From assembly GCA_963668545.1 (NCBI GenBank), contig OY764868.1, positions 1,426,065 through 1,490,064 of the forward strand: a stretch of DNA of 64,000 nt, in the 5' to 3' direction. Below are positions 1 to 9,122 of the stretch, one piece after another (position 1 is the first letter of the stretch; each line of letters begins with the position of its first letter). The notes below the pieces were generated by a model. The model did no database searches. It was not told the origin of the DNA and saw nothing but the letters and a program-made list of their open reading frames with translations. The DNA is from Spirochaetia bacterium (GTDB taxonomy: Bacteria; Spirochaetota; Spirochaetia; CADAEX01). The position numbers and the translations under genes are program-made.

Positions 1-146
1 TGAGAGTACAAGAACTGAACCCGGGAGAAATTTTTTATGCTGCATAATCCTGAACTCCTATGTTTAAATGTATAAACATTTAAACATATTTTATCAGATC
101 TTTAGGCAAAGTACAATTCCAATCTTTAATAAATTATACCCTTATA

Positions 147-959
147 TTATTCGGAAATATTGTCAATAAACCAGTCATAAAGTGCTTCAACCCTGCTGTG
201 GATTGAATTCCTTATCTTCTTTTCGAGAAAACCTGCATTGGCATGACTGCATATCCCCGAGCAGTATATTGCAAGATCATCACCGTCCGCCATTATAACC
301 AGGTAAAAAGTAAGGTCACCTTTGCCGATGGCCGGAATTATTTTATAACGCATGTCATCTATATTGGTCATTTCCATTACCAGGTAGTTATCAGAAACAG
401 TATAGTCAAGCCTGTAGTAGTTCCTGCCGAAGGAAAGGTCCCGGGTATAGCAGTTGAAGCTGTAATTCCTTATGTTTTCATTGAAAACAGGCTTTTCAGC
501 TGTATCATTTCTGTCTGTACCTTTAACAGGATATGCTTCGGCAAAAAGTGTTCTGTATTTTTCCCTTGAATGGGAATAGTACTCAATGCCTTCGAGTGTC
601 CTGACATCTGTAAGTACATCGAAATATTCTTTAATGCTTTTCTGATACTTTTTCTCTCTGTGAAGAAAAAGTGTTTCAATTCCTGTGTTGAAACTGCTTT
701 TTTCAATTTCATTTTCCATCCTGCTTTTTTCTGAAATGTCGGGAAGAAAAACCGGTAACTGCCCTTCCTTAAGAAAGAGAGTAAGTTTTCCAGTATTTTC
801 AAGTTTGACAAGTTCAGAAGAAGGAATTCCTGAAAAATATTTCTCCTTGACAGATATCCCGGAAGAGTGCTGAACAGAATTCTGCTCTTCTGAATATGAA
901 CTGCAAGGAGGCATAAAAATTAAAAAAAGTGTTAAGATTGAAATTAAGTGTTTTCTCAT
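147..959 (-). CDS. hypothetical protein, probable lipoprotein/secreted
   Basis: 270-aa ORF. N-terminus MRKHLISILTLFLIFMPPCSS has a hydrophobic signal and a Cys that could be a lipobox. No recognisable catalytic motif. Divergent from murG. Confidence 0.45.
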   Translation of the reverse strand: MRKHLISILTLFLIFMPPCSSYSEEQNSVQHSSGISVKEKYFSGIPSSELVKLENTGKLTLFLKEGQLPVFLPDISEKSRMENEIEKSSFNTGIETLFLHREKKYQKSIKEYFDVLTDVRTLEGIEYYSHSREKYRTLFAEAYPVKGTDRNDTAEKPVFNENIRNYSFNCYTRDLSFGRNYYRLDYTVSDNYLVMEMTNIDDMRYKIIPAIGKGDLTFYLVIMADGDDLAIYCSGICSHANAGFLEKKIRNSIHSRVEALYDWFIDNISE

Positions 960-1005
960 GTTATCCTGAATTTATTTAAAACTGAGTGATTGATCAAGAG
1001 GTTAT

Positions 1006-2121
1006 ATGAAAATAAAAATATGCTTCACAGGGGGAGGAACAGCAGGTCATGTTTATCCCGGTATATCTGTACTTGAAAAAATAAGGGAAAAGGGGCTTGA
1101 GGATAATTTTGAAACTGATTTTTTCTGGATAGGATCTTCCTCCGGAATGGAGAAGAACCTTATTTCAGATACAGGCATAAGATATTACGGAATACAGACC
1201 GGCAAACTGAGAAGATATTTTTCATTAAGGAATTTTACTGATCTTTTCAGAATTCTCGCCGGTCTTCTCCAGTCCCTGTTTATAATCATGAAGGAGAAAC
1301 CTGATCTGATTTTTTCCAAGGGGGGGTATGTCAGCGTACCGCCTGTTGTTTCTGGATGGATTCTGAGGATACCTGTGATAACCCACGAGTCTGATTATAC
1401 ACCTGGCCTTGCAACAAGGATAAACAGCCGTTTTTCTGAAAAGATACTGATTTCTGTCGGCGAAACAGCCAGGTATTTCAAAAAAGGATACATGGCCAGA
1501 ATTATTGAAACAGGAAATCCGGTCAGACAGAATTTTTTCTCCGGAGACCCTGAAAAAGGGAGAAAATACTTCGGAATTGAAAACAGTCTCCCGGTAATTC
1601 TTGTGCTGGGGGGAAGCCAGGGAGCTTCCGAGATAAATAATCTTGTAAGAGCAGTCCTTAACAGGCTTAGCGGAAGTTTCAATGTCATCCATCAGTGCGG
1701 AGAAAGGGATTATAAACCTGAAACCGGAGATAAAATCATCAACTATTATCAGGTTCCATTTGTAAGGGATGAATTCCCTGATATACTTGCATCAGCCGAC
1801 CTTGTTGTTTCGAGAGGCGGAGCCGGAACAATCTGGGAACTTTCAGCAGCAGGAAAGGCTGCTGTAATAATTCCGCTCAGAGGGAGCGGCACACGGGGGG
1901 ACCAGGTAATGAACTGCAGATTTCTCAACTCTATTGATGCAGCATCAGTTCTTGATGATAAAATAATTACAGAAGATATGTTCTTCGAAAGGATCAGGTC
2001 TGTTTTTGATAACAGAGAGTCTTTAGTCAAGTACAGAAAAAATATCAGAACAATCACCAAAAAAGATCCGGCTGAAAAAATATCCGGTATTATAATAGAA
2101 AGAGCAGGCGGTGGAATGTGA
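1006..2121 (+). CDS. murG: UDP-N-acetylglucosamine--N-acetylmuramyl-(pentapeptide) pyrophosphoryl-undecaprenol GlcNAc transferase
   Basis: 371 aa. N-terminal FTGGGTAGHVYPG glycine loop and C-terminal GT-B motifs (LVVSRGGAGTIWE) are typical of MurG. Confidence 0.9.
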   Translation: MKIKICFTGGGTAGHVYPGISVLEKIREKGLEDNFETDFFWIGSSSGMEKNLISDTGIRYYGIQTGKLRRYFSLRNFTDLFRILAGLLQSLFIIMKEKPDLIFSKGGYVSVPPVVSGWILRIPVITHESDYTPGLATRINSRFSEKILISVGETARYFKKGYMARIIETGNPVRQNFFSGDPEKGRKYFGIENSLPVILVLGGSQGASEINNLVRAVLNRLSGSFNVIHQCGERDYKPETGDKIINYYQVPFVRDEFPDILASADLVVSRGGAGTIWELSAAGKAAVIIPLRGSGTRGDQVMNCRFLNSIDAASVLDDKIITEDMFFERIRSVFDNRESLVKYRKNIRTITKKDPAEKISGIIIERAGGGM

Positions 2122-2591
2122 ACAGTATCAGTATTGTCCCTGTAGATATAATATTCTGTGTAGTTATTATTTTCTTTACTATTCGATGCATAATTAAGGG
2201 ATTTGTCACTGAATTCCTGTCCATGGCTGCAGTAATTGGGGGCATCAGTGCAGGTATTATATTTTCAGGAACTTTAAACAGGTATATTGATATTTATATA
2301 GGAAAATCTGGATGGAATTACCTTATTTCATTTCTCGTTCTTTTCATTGTTGTTTATCTTATTATCAAGATGTTTGAAAAAATGCTTTGCCGTTTTGTGG
2401 AAAGGGTTGAACTTGAACAGCTGGACAGGGCACTTGGTCTGTTCCTGGGACTTGTTGAAGGAGCTGTTGTTGTGCTTGTTATTATTCTGCTTATAAAGCT
2501 TCAGCCGCTTTTCCCCTATGATAAAATTGCAGACGGCAGTATTGCATTCAGCCTGGCGGAAAAAATATTTGTTTATCTGCCGGATTTCTAG
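2118..2591 (+). CDS. cvpA: CvpA family membrane protein (colicin V production protein-like)
   Basis: 157 aa with four predicted TM helices. Start overlaps the murG stop (ATGTGA). Same position in the conserved spirochete murG-cvpA arrangement. Confidence 0.75.
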   Translation: MNSISIVPVDIIFCVVIIFFTIRCIIKGFVTEFLSMAAVIGGISAGIIFSGTLNRYIDIYIGKSGWNYLISFLVLFIVVYLIIKMFEKMLCRFVERVELEQLDRALGLFLGLVEGAVVVLVIILLIKLQPLFPYDKIADGSIAFSLAEKIFVYLPDF

Positions 2592-2602
2592 AAGGATTAC
2601 AG

Positions 2603-3805
2603 ATGTTTGAAAATATAATTGGACATGAAAGTGTTGTGGACCAGATAAAGAATGAAATTACAGGGAAAAGGTTTCCAGGATCGTCAGTAATAACCGGCCC
2701 TGAGTATTCAGGCAAACAGACTCTTGCGCTTGAAATCGCCCGTTCCCTCACATGCCAGAAAAGCGGGGAATGGGGCTGCATGTGTGAATCATGCAGGCTG
2801 CAGAGGAGCCTGATGCATCCTTCAACACTGCTTGCGGGATCTGATTCATTTCTTCCTGAAATAAAAATGACTGCAGATATAATGAAAAAGAAGAAAGGTG
2901 AATTGTTCAGCCGCTTTCTTTTTGTAAGGAGTGTGAGAAAGCTTATCAAGAGATTTGATCCTGTTTTTACAGAAAGCGGAGATCAGAAGATTAAAAAGAT
3001 TATTCCTCTTATAAGAGAGATAGAAGATCTTATATATGATATTTCACCGGAAGAGGACAGTGATCCAGCAAAACTTGAAGAAAAAGCAGATCAGATTATT
3101 GAAAAGTGCGTAATAATTACAAATGATATAAATATTTCAGGTGTTTCAGTGGATCAGGTCAGAAAAATCACTTTCTGGGTCCACACAACAGGTTACAGGG
3201 AAAAGAAGGTTATAATAATTGAAAACTCCGAAAAAATGAATGAGAGTGCCAGGAATGCTGTTCTGAAGATTCTTGAGGAACCTCCTGAGGGGGTATATTT
3301 CATATTTCTGACATCCCGATACGGTGAAATTATCCCTACAATCAGATCACGCCTGAGGAAATACGAACTGAAGGAAAGGACTTTTCAGGAAAGCAGGGAT
3401 GTTATAGAAAAAATTTTCAGGGAAAAACCGGGTATTGAATTTTCCCTCCCTGATTTTTTCAATTCCTGGTCTACAGAACATGAGCTGATAAGAAAAGCAG
3501 CAAAAGAGTTTATTACAGATATCATAGATACGGGAAAAAATTTCAGCAGTACAGGTCCGGAGCTGAAAAAAATCATGAAATCGTCGGGACCTGATAATCT
3601 CAGGATATTTCTTGAATCAGCTCTTGAATATATCAGACTTCTTTTAAACAGCAGTGATTACATGAAAAGTTCACCCGGGACATACAGGGATATTAAAAAG
3701 CTTTCAAAGCTTATTAATGACGGATACAGAAACAATGAGATACTTAATGTAAATCCTGAACTTGTAATTGAAAATATATTTTTCAGGATGAGAAACAGTA
3801 TATGA
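2603..3805 (+). CDS. holB: DNA polymerase III delta-prime-like AAA+ protein
   Basis: 400 aa. Degenerate Walker A GPEYSGKQT followed by a Cys-rich zinc module (CQKSGEWGCMCESC), as seen in HolB/delta-prime clamp-loader subunits. Confidence 0.65.
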   Translation: MFENIIGHESVVDQIKNEITGKRFPGSSVITGPEYSGKQTLALEIARSLTCQKSGEWGCMCESCRLQRSLMHPSTLLAGSDSFLPEIKMTADIMKKKKGELFSRFLFVRSVRKLIKRFDPVFTESGDQKIKKIIPLIREIEDLIYDISPEEDSDPAKLEEKADQIIEKCVIITNDINISGVSVDQVRKITFWVHTTGYREKKVIIIENSEKMNESARNAVLKILEEPPEGVYFIFLTSRYGEIIPTIRSRLRKYELKERTFQESRDVIEKIFREKPGIEFSLPDFFNSWSTEHELIRKAAKEFITDIIDTGKNFSSTGPELKKIMKSSGPDNLRIFLESALEYIRLLLNSSDYMKSSPGTYRDIKKLSKLINDGYRNNEILNVNPELVIENIFFRMRNSI

Positions 3806-5001
3806 GAAATTTCATAAAGCGTGCTGTAAAAAGGATATCAAAACTTGACCAGAACCAGATTCTGAATCTGATTAATATTCTGACAGATGAAAATGAACTG
3901 CTCGAAATTGTTCTGGATTCAATGACAGACGGGCTTATAGTTTCTGACAGGGAGGAAAACCTTCTTTTTATCAATAAATCGGCCAAAAGGCTTCTGGGGA
4001 CACAGTATCTGAATGAAAATGTTGAAAACAGCCTGTGGGATGCTGTTCCAGACAGAAAGATCAGGGAAATGCTTGTCGAGTCTCTCAACAGACATGATGA
4101 CAGAACCGTAAACAACTATATTGATACAAACAAAAAGGAATCAAGGATTCTCGAGTTTACAACAACTCCCCTTGTAAGGGAAAAATGTATATACGGAAAT
4201 ATTATCATGATCAAGGATATTACCGAGAGAAAAATCAGGGAAACAAAGCTGAGAAGGGCTGAAAGCCTTGCTTCGCTTACTACGCTTGCGGCAGGTGTTG
4301 CGCATGAGATAAAAAACCCGCTTGGTTCTATCAGTATATATCTACAGCTTGTTGAAAAACTAGTTTCAAAAAAAGAGGATGATCCTGATAAGGAAAAAAT
4401 ACTTGGAAACCTGTCAGTTATTAATGAAGAGGTGGACAGGCTTAACCAGATTGTTGTGGATTTCCTTTTTGCAGTAAGACCTATTAATCTTGATCTTGAA
4501 TACAACAACATTAACAAGATTATTGATGAAACCCTTGATTTCATGAAGGTGGATTTTGATGAATCGGGGATAAAGGTGATAAAGGAGCTTTCTGATGATG
4601 TTCCTGATATCATGCTGGACAGCAGGTTTGTCAAACAGGCTATAATAAACCTCATTAAAAACGCAGAAGCTGCAATGAAGGAAAAAGAAGGGATACTTGA
4701 AATAAGATCTTATCTTAAAGACAGCAATGTGATGCTTGATATAAAAGACAACGGATCAGGGATACCTGAAAGAATAATTGGAAGAATATTTGAGCCGTAT
4801 TTCACAACAAAGGAATTCGGTTCCGGAATAGGCCTTACTCTGGTATATAAGATTATAAGGGAGCATAAAGGCGATATAGCAATCTCCTCTGTCGAGGGTG
4901 AGGGAACAACGTTCACACTGAGTTTTCCTGCACACAAGAAGGAACAGAAACTACTAAGCTGGGAAGGAGGTAACAGTGGAATTTTCGATACTTGTTGCTG
5001 A
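3802..5001 (+). CDS. cytoplasmic PAS-domain sensor histidine kinase
   Basis: 399 aa with no TM segment. PAS-like N-terminus, an H-box (AAGVAHEIKNPLGSI), and ATPase N/G boxes (NLIKNAEAA; DNGSGIPE; GSGIGLTLV). Overlaps the downstream response regulator by 26 nt. Confidence 0.85.
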   Translation: MRNFIKRAVKRISKLDQNQILNLINILTDENELLEIVLDSMTDGLIVSDREENLLFINKSAKRLLGTQYLNENVENSLWDAVPDRKIREMLVESLNRHDDRTVNNYIDTNKKESRILEFTTTPLVREKCIYGNIIMIKDITERKIRETKLRRAESLASLTTLAAGVAHEIKNPLGSISIYLQLVEKLVSKKEDDPDKEKILGNLSVINEEVDRLNQIVVDFLFAVRPINLDLEYNNINKIIDETLDFMKVDFDESGIKVIKELSDDVPDIMLDSRFVKQAIINLIKNAEAAMKEKEGILEIRSYLKDSNVMLDIKDNGSGIPERIIGRIFEPYFTTKEFGSGIGLTLVYKIIREHKGDIAISSVEGEGTTFTLSFPAHKKEQKLLSWEGGNSGIFDTCC

Positions 5002-6325
5002 TGATGAAAAAAACATACGTTTCGGCCTCGGTCAGGCCCTTGAAGGGGAAGGATATAATACATTTCTTGCGGAAAACGGGTTAAAAGCGCTTGAAATAAT
5101 TGAAAAGGAAAATATTGATATAGTTATCACAGACCTCAGAATGCCTGAAATGACAGGGGAGGAACTTCTTAAAAGAATTTCAAAAGACCATAAGAATATT
5201 CCTGTAATTATCCTCACCGGGCACGGTACAATTGAAAATGCTGTACAGACAATGAGGGACGGTGCATATGATTTCATGACAAAACCTCTTAATCTTGAAC
5301 ACCTGTTCCTGATTATAAAAAGGGCACTTAAAAACCGTGAGCTTGTCCTTAGCAACAAGGCTCTTCAGGAGGAAGTTGAGAAGATAAGGAACAACAAGCT
5401 TAAGGTTATAGGTAAAAGCGCTGCTATTAAAAAGGTCCTGGATACAGTACAGCAGATTGCATCAACAAGAGCTTCAGTGCTTGTAACAGGTGAAAGCGGA
5501 GTAGGCAAGGAAGTTATTGCAGATGTAATCCACAGTTTATCAGACAGGAATGATAAACCATTTATCAAGGTACACTGTGCAGCACTTTCAGATACCCTTC
5601 TCGAGTCTGAACTTTTCGGGCACGAGAAAGGGGCGTTTACAGGTGCTGTTGCCAGAAAAAGGGGTCGTTTTGAGCTGGCCCACAGGGGTACAATTTTTCT
5701 GGACGAGATAGGGGAGATAAACCAGTCGACACAGATAAAGCTTCTGAGGGTTCTTCAGGAAAGGACATTTGAAAGAGTCGGGGGAGAGGAAACTGTAAGT
5801 GTGGATGTCAGAATTATTTCTGCAACCAACAAGGACCTTGAAAAAGAGGTTGAAAAGGGTAATTTCAGGGAAGATCTATATTACAGGCTAAATGTTGTAA
5901 AACTTGATATTCCCCCTTTAAGGGAAAGAAAGGATGATATCCCTCTTCTGGTAGCTTCATTTCTCAAGGATTTTTCAAGGGAGAACAATAAAAACATAGA
6001 GGGACTTGACCAGAAGGCACAGGCTGCACTTTATAACCATAACTGGAAGGGAAATATCAGGGAACTCAGAAACTGCATTGAAAGCGCTGTTGTAATGGCA
6101 AGGGAGAGTATTATAAGCTATGATGATCTTCCCTTGTCTGTTAAAAGCGACAGCAGTGCTGATTTTATAAACATAAAAACCGGTGTCACACTTGAAGAAG
6201 TTGAAAAGACGGTTATACAGAGTACGCTGAACAGCCTTAACGGCAATAAAAGCAGAACAGCCGAAGTGCTTGGGATTGGGCGGAAAACTCTTCACAGAAA
6301 GCTTAACGAGTATAATCTTCAGTAG
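4976..6325 (+). CDS. sigma54-dependent response regulator, NtrC family (REC + AAA+ + Fis-type HTH)
   Basis: 449 aa. Receiver domain with phospho-acceptor context (DIVITDLRMPEMTG). Walker A GESGVGKE, GAFTGA loop (GHEKGAFTGA), and a C-terminal HTH (RTAEVLGIGRKTLHRKL). Confidence 0.9.
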   Translation: MEFSILVADDEKNIRFGLGQALEGEGYNTFLAENGLKALEIIEKENIDIVITDLRMPEMTGEELLKRISKDHKNIPVIILTGHGTIENAVQTMRDGAYDFMTKPLNLEHLFLIIKRALKNRELVLSNKALQEEVEKIRNNKLKVIGKSAAIKKVLDTVQQIASTRASVLVTGESGVGKEVIADVIHSLSDRNDKPFIKVHCAALSDTLLESELFGHEKGAFTGAVARKRGRFELAHRGTIFLDEIGEINQSTQIKLLRVLQERTFERVGGEETVSVDVRIISATNKDLEKEVEKGNFREDLYYRLNVVKLDIPPLRERKDDIPLLVASFLKDFSRENNKNIEGLDQKAQAALYNHNWKGNIRELRNCIESAVVMARESIISYDDLPLSVKSDSSADFINIKTGVTLEEVEKTVIQSTLNSLNGNKSRTAEVLGIGRKTLHRKLNEYNLQ

Positions 6326-6329
6326 CATC

Positions 6330-6359
6330 AATGCTGTAAGCATTGATGCTTACAGCATT
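6330..6359. other. 11-bp perfect inverted repeat (AATGCTGTAAG-8 nt-CTTACAGCATT) between convergent response-regulator and aminotransferase genes
   Basis: Seen directly in the sequence. No T-tract. Probably a bidirectional transcript-end hairpin. Confidence 0.5.
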
Positions 6360-6361
6360 AA

Positions 6362-7606
6362 TCAGCAAAGTTCCTTTATTATGCCTGACAGCCTTTCAAC
6401 AGCCTTGTTTATTGTATCAGTATCAGCCATTGTGTAGTTCAGCCTCATTGTCTCGATACCTTTATCAGGATCTGTAAAAAAGAATTTCCCGGGAACAAAT
6501 GCCACATTATTCTTAATTGCCTTGTGATAAAGATCCATCATATTGAAATTTTCAGGACCCGAAACCCACAGAAACATTCCCCCGTCAGATTTTGCTGTTT
6601 TAAATGATTCAGGCATATTCCTTCTGAGGGCTTCAATCATGGCATCCTGTTTCGGCCTGTACAGGGATATGATTTCAGGCAGATGTCTTGCAAGGTGTCC
6701 CCCTGAAATATATTCTGAAGCGAGAGCCTGGTTAAAGGTACTTGTATGCAGGTCCACCCCCTGTTTGACAAGGACAAGCCATTTTCTTATCACGTCAGGG
6801 GCAGTGAAAAAACCTGTTCTCAGTCCCGGTGCAAATACTTTGGAAAGTGTGCCTGAATAAATGACATTATCAGGAGCAAATACAGCAATCGGTGGAAGCG
6901 GCTCTCCGCTGTACCTCAATGAACTGTAGGGATCATCCTCAAGAAGAAGCGTGTTATTTCTTATAATTATTTCAGCTATTTTTTTTCTTCTCTCAAGAGA
7001 AATTGATCTTCCTGTGGGATTCTGGAATGTTGGTATGAGATATACGAATTTTATTGTATTATTTGCAAGCACTTCTTCCAGAGATTCAGGGATTACACCG
7101 TTATCGTCTGTCTCAAGGCATATATATTCAGGCTGATAGGGGTTGAAAGCTGAAATTGCCCCAAGATAGGTTGGAGATTCAACCGCTATTTTGTCACCTT
7201 TTGATATAAGAATTTTTCCTGCAGCATCAAGCAGCCCCTGAGACCCGCTGGTGATACAGATTTTATCAGCATCTGTTTTAATACCCCTTTCTTCAAGAAG
7301 GGAAACAAGGGATTCCCTGAGAGGCATAAATCCTTCTGTACAGTCATACTGGAGAGCTGATGAGCTGTATTTTCTCAGAACAGTATCGGTAAGTTCGTTT
7401 ATTATATCCATAGGGAAACTTTCCGGAGAAGGAATCCCCCCTGCAAGGGATATCATGCCGGGCTGTGATACCACCTTGAGTATCTCTCTTATGGCATTTG
7501 CTCCCATGATTTCTGTTCTTTCAGCAAGAAGTTTTTTAAAATCCATATCAAGCTCCTGATAAATAATATTGACATATTGAAAATAATAGATGCTGTTCAA
7601 TAACAA
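6362..7606 (-). CDS. PLP-dependent aminotransferase, class I/II fold (AAT/LysN-like)
   Basis: PLP-lysine context GTLSKVFAPGLRTGF and an N-terminal aminotransferase signature. The true start is probably the internal MDFKKLL at about 7546. Confidence 0.8.
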   Translation of the reverse strand: MLLNSIYYFQYVNIIYQELDMDFKKLLAERTEIMGANAIREILKVVSQPGMISLAGGIPSPESFPMDIINELTDTVLRKYSSSALQYDCTEGFMPLRESLVSLLEERGIKTDADKICITSGSQGLLDAAGKILISKGDKIAVESPTYLGAISAFNPYQPEYICLETDDNGVIPESLEEVLANNTIKFVYLIPTFQNPTGRSISLERRKKIAEIIIRNNTLLLEDDPYSSLRYSGEPLPPIAVFAPDNVIYSGTLSKVFAPGLRTGFFTAPDVIRKWLVLVKQGVDLHTSTFNQALASEYISGGHLARHLPEIISLYRPKQDAMIEALRRNMPESFKTAKSDGGMFLWVSGPENFNMMDLYHKAIKNNVAFVPGKFFFTDPDKGIETMRLNYTMADTDTINKAVERLSGIIKELC

Positions 7607-7657
7607 TAACAGATACAGAATATTGATTTTATAACCATAACAGTTTAGCCTTAAAAC

Positions 7658-9115
7658 ATGAATATGAAAAAAGAAAAAAAGTTCCGTTACGAAGAGATTG
7701 CAGAATATATTACTTATGCAATCGAGGATGGAACAATAAAGTTCGGAAGCAGGGTTCCATCCCTGCGGGAAATAAGCAGAAGATTCAGATGTTCAATATC
7801 TGTAGTTATGCAGGCGTATGAGGTGCTTGAAAAAAGGGGAAAGATTCATGCTGTTGAAAAGTCGGGATTTTTTGCTTCTCAACCTTTTACCAATCCTGTT
7901 CCTTCAACTGATACCGGTACATACTCACTGAGGTCGGAAGAGGCTAAACCGCTCAGCATTATAGGAAAAATAGTTGATGCGAGCAATGACAGGACAATTG
8001 TACCTCTCGGGGCGGGAATTCCCCATGAAAGTCTTCTCCCTGTAGGAGCAATAAAACAGTCACTTAACCGTGTCCTGAGAGAAAATCCGCTTCTGCTTAA
8101 TCAGTATTCTGATGAAGCAGGGTATCACAGCCTCAGGTGTGAAATATGCAGAATACTGCTTAACAGGGGGGTGAATGCAAACCCTGATGATATTCTGATC
8201 ACAAACGGCTGTACTGAAGCTCTCTCCCTTGCTGTAGCGAGCTCTACATCTCCCGGTGATACAGTTGCAATTGAGAGCCCTGTTTTCATGGGTGCAATTC
8301 AGATACTTAAGGAACTGGGGAGAAGAATAATAACAGTTCCGACATCTGCAGACAGCGGAATGGATCTCGATTATCTTGAAATGGCTGTAAAAAAATCAGA
8401 TGTCAGGGCTGTCATGATGACTGCCGCATTTCAGAACCCTCTGGGATTTGTCATGCCTGAGGAAAAAAGAAAAAGGGCTGTTGAGCTTGCTGAAAAATAC
8501 AGTATCATAATTATTGAAGACGATTTGTACAGCGACTGTTCCCACAACTTTACAGCAGAACGTCCTGTCAAAAGTTTTGACAGGACGGGGCATGTGATAT
8601 ACTGCTCCTCTTTTTCAAAGACATTGAGCCCGGGACTAAGGATAGGATGGATGATGGGGGGGATACATCACAGGAAATGCAGGACTATGAAAATTACACA
8701 GAATCTCGGAGGAAGCCCTGTTCTGCAGGCCGCCCTGGCTGATTTTCTCAAAAACGGACGATATTTGAATCATGTCAAAAAATTCCAGAAAAGTATTTCA
8801 AGGCAGGCACTTGAAATGAAGATGCTGCTTTCAAAGTATCTCCCGGATGATACAGCCATATCCACCCCGTGCGGGGGATTCTTTTTCTGGCTTGAAATCA
8901 ATGGAGATATCGATACTGTTGAGCTTTTCAGTAAAGCGCTGGAGGAAAAAATAAGTATTGCCCCGGGACAGGTTTTCGGTAATGGTGAGAGATTTAAAAA
9001 CTGTCTCAGAATAAGTTTCGCATCACCTGTTACAGATGAATTAAGAAGTGGAATTATTAAACTCGGTAATATTATAACTGATATGAAGCAGGGTAATATG
9101 AGAAGAATCGGCTAA
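7658..9115 (+). CDS. MocR/GabR-family transcriptional regulator (GntR wHTH fused to aminotransferase-like domain)
   Basis: 485 aa. N-terminal GntR-type wHTH (SLREISRRFRCSISVVMQAYEVLEKRG) plus a PLP fold with SFSKTLSPGLRIGW. Divergent from the aminotransferase gene. Confidence 0.8.
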   Translation: MNMKKEKKFRYEEIAEYITYAIEDGTIKFGSRVPSLREISRRFRCSISVVMQAYEVLEKRGKIHAVEKSGFFASQPFTNPVPSTDTGTYSLRSEEAKPLSIIGKIVDASNDRTIVPLGAGIPHESLLPVGAIKQSLNRVLRENPLLLNQYSDEAGYHSLRCEICRILLNRGVNANPDDILITNGCTEALSLAVASSTSPGDTVAIESPVFMGAIQILKELGRRIITVPTSADSGMDLDYLEMAVKKSDVRAVMMTAAFQNPLGFVMPEEKRKRAVELAEKYSIIIIEDDLYSDCSHNFTAERPVKSFDRTGHVIYCSSFSKTLSPGLRIGWMMGGIHHRKCRTMKITQNLGGSPVLQAALADFLKNGRYLNHVKKFQKSISRQALEMKMLLSKYLPDDTAISTPCGGFFFWLEINGDIDTVELFSKALEEKISIAPGQVFGNGERFKNCLRISFASPVTDELRSGIIKLGNIITDMKQGNMRRIG

Positions 9116-9122
9116 TTACTTA

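Noticed and set aside
1225-1692. Multiple antisense ORFs of 60-190 aa inside murG, the HK, GreA, PPDK and others (for example 1225-1692, 4116-4655, 37107-37685, 17884-18240)
   Set aside because: They fully overlap strongly supported genes on the opposite strand. They have Ser/Leu/Ile-rich low-complexity compositions typical of antisense frames and no motifs.
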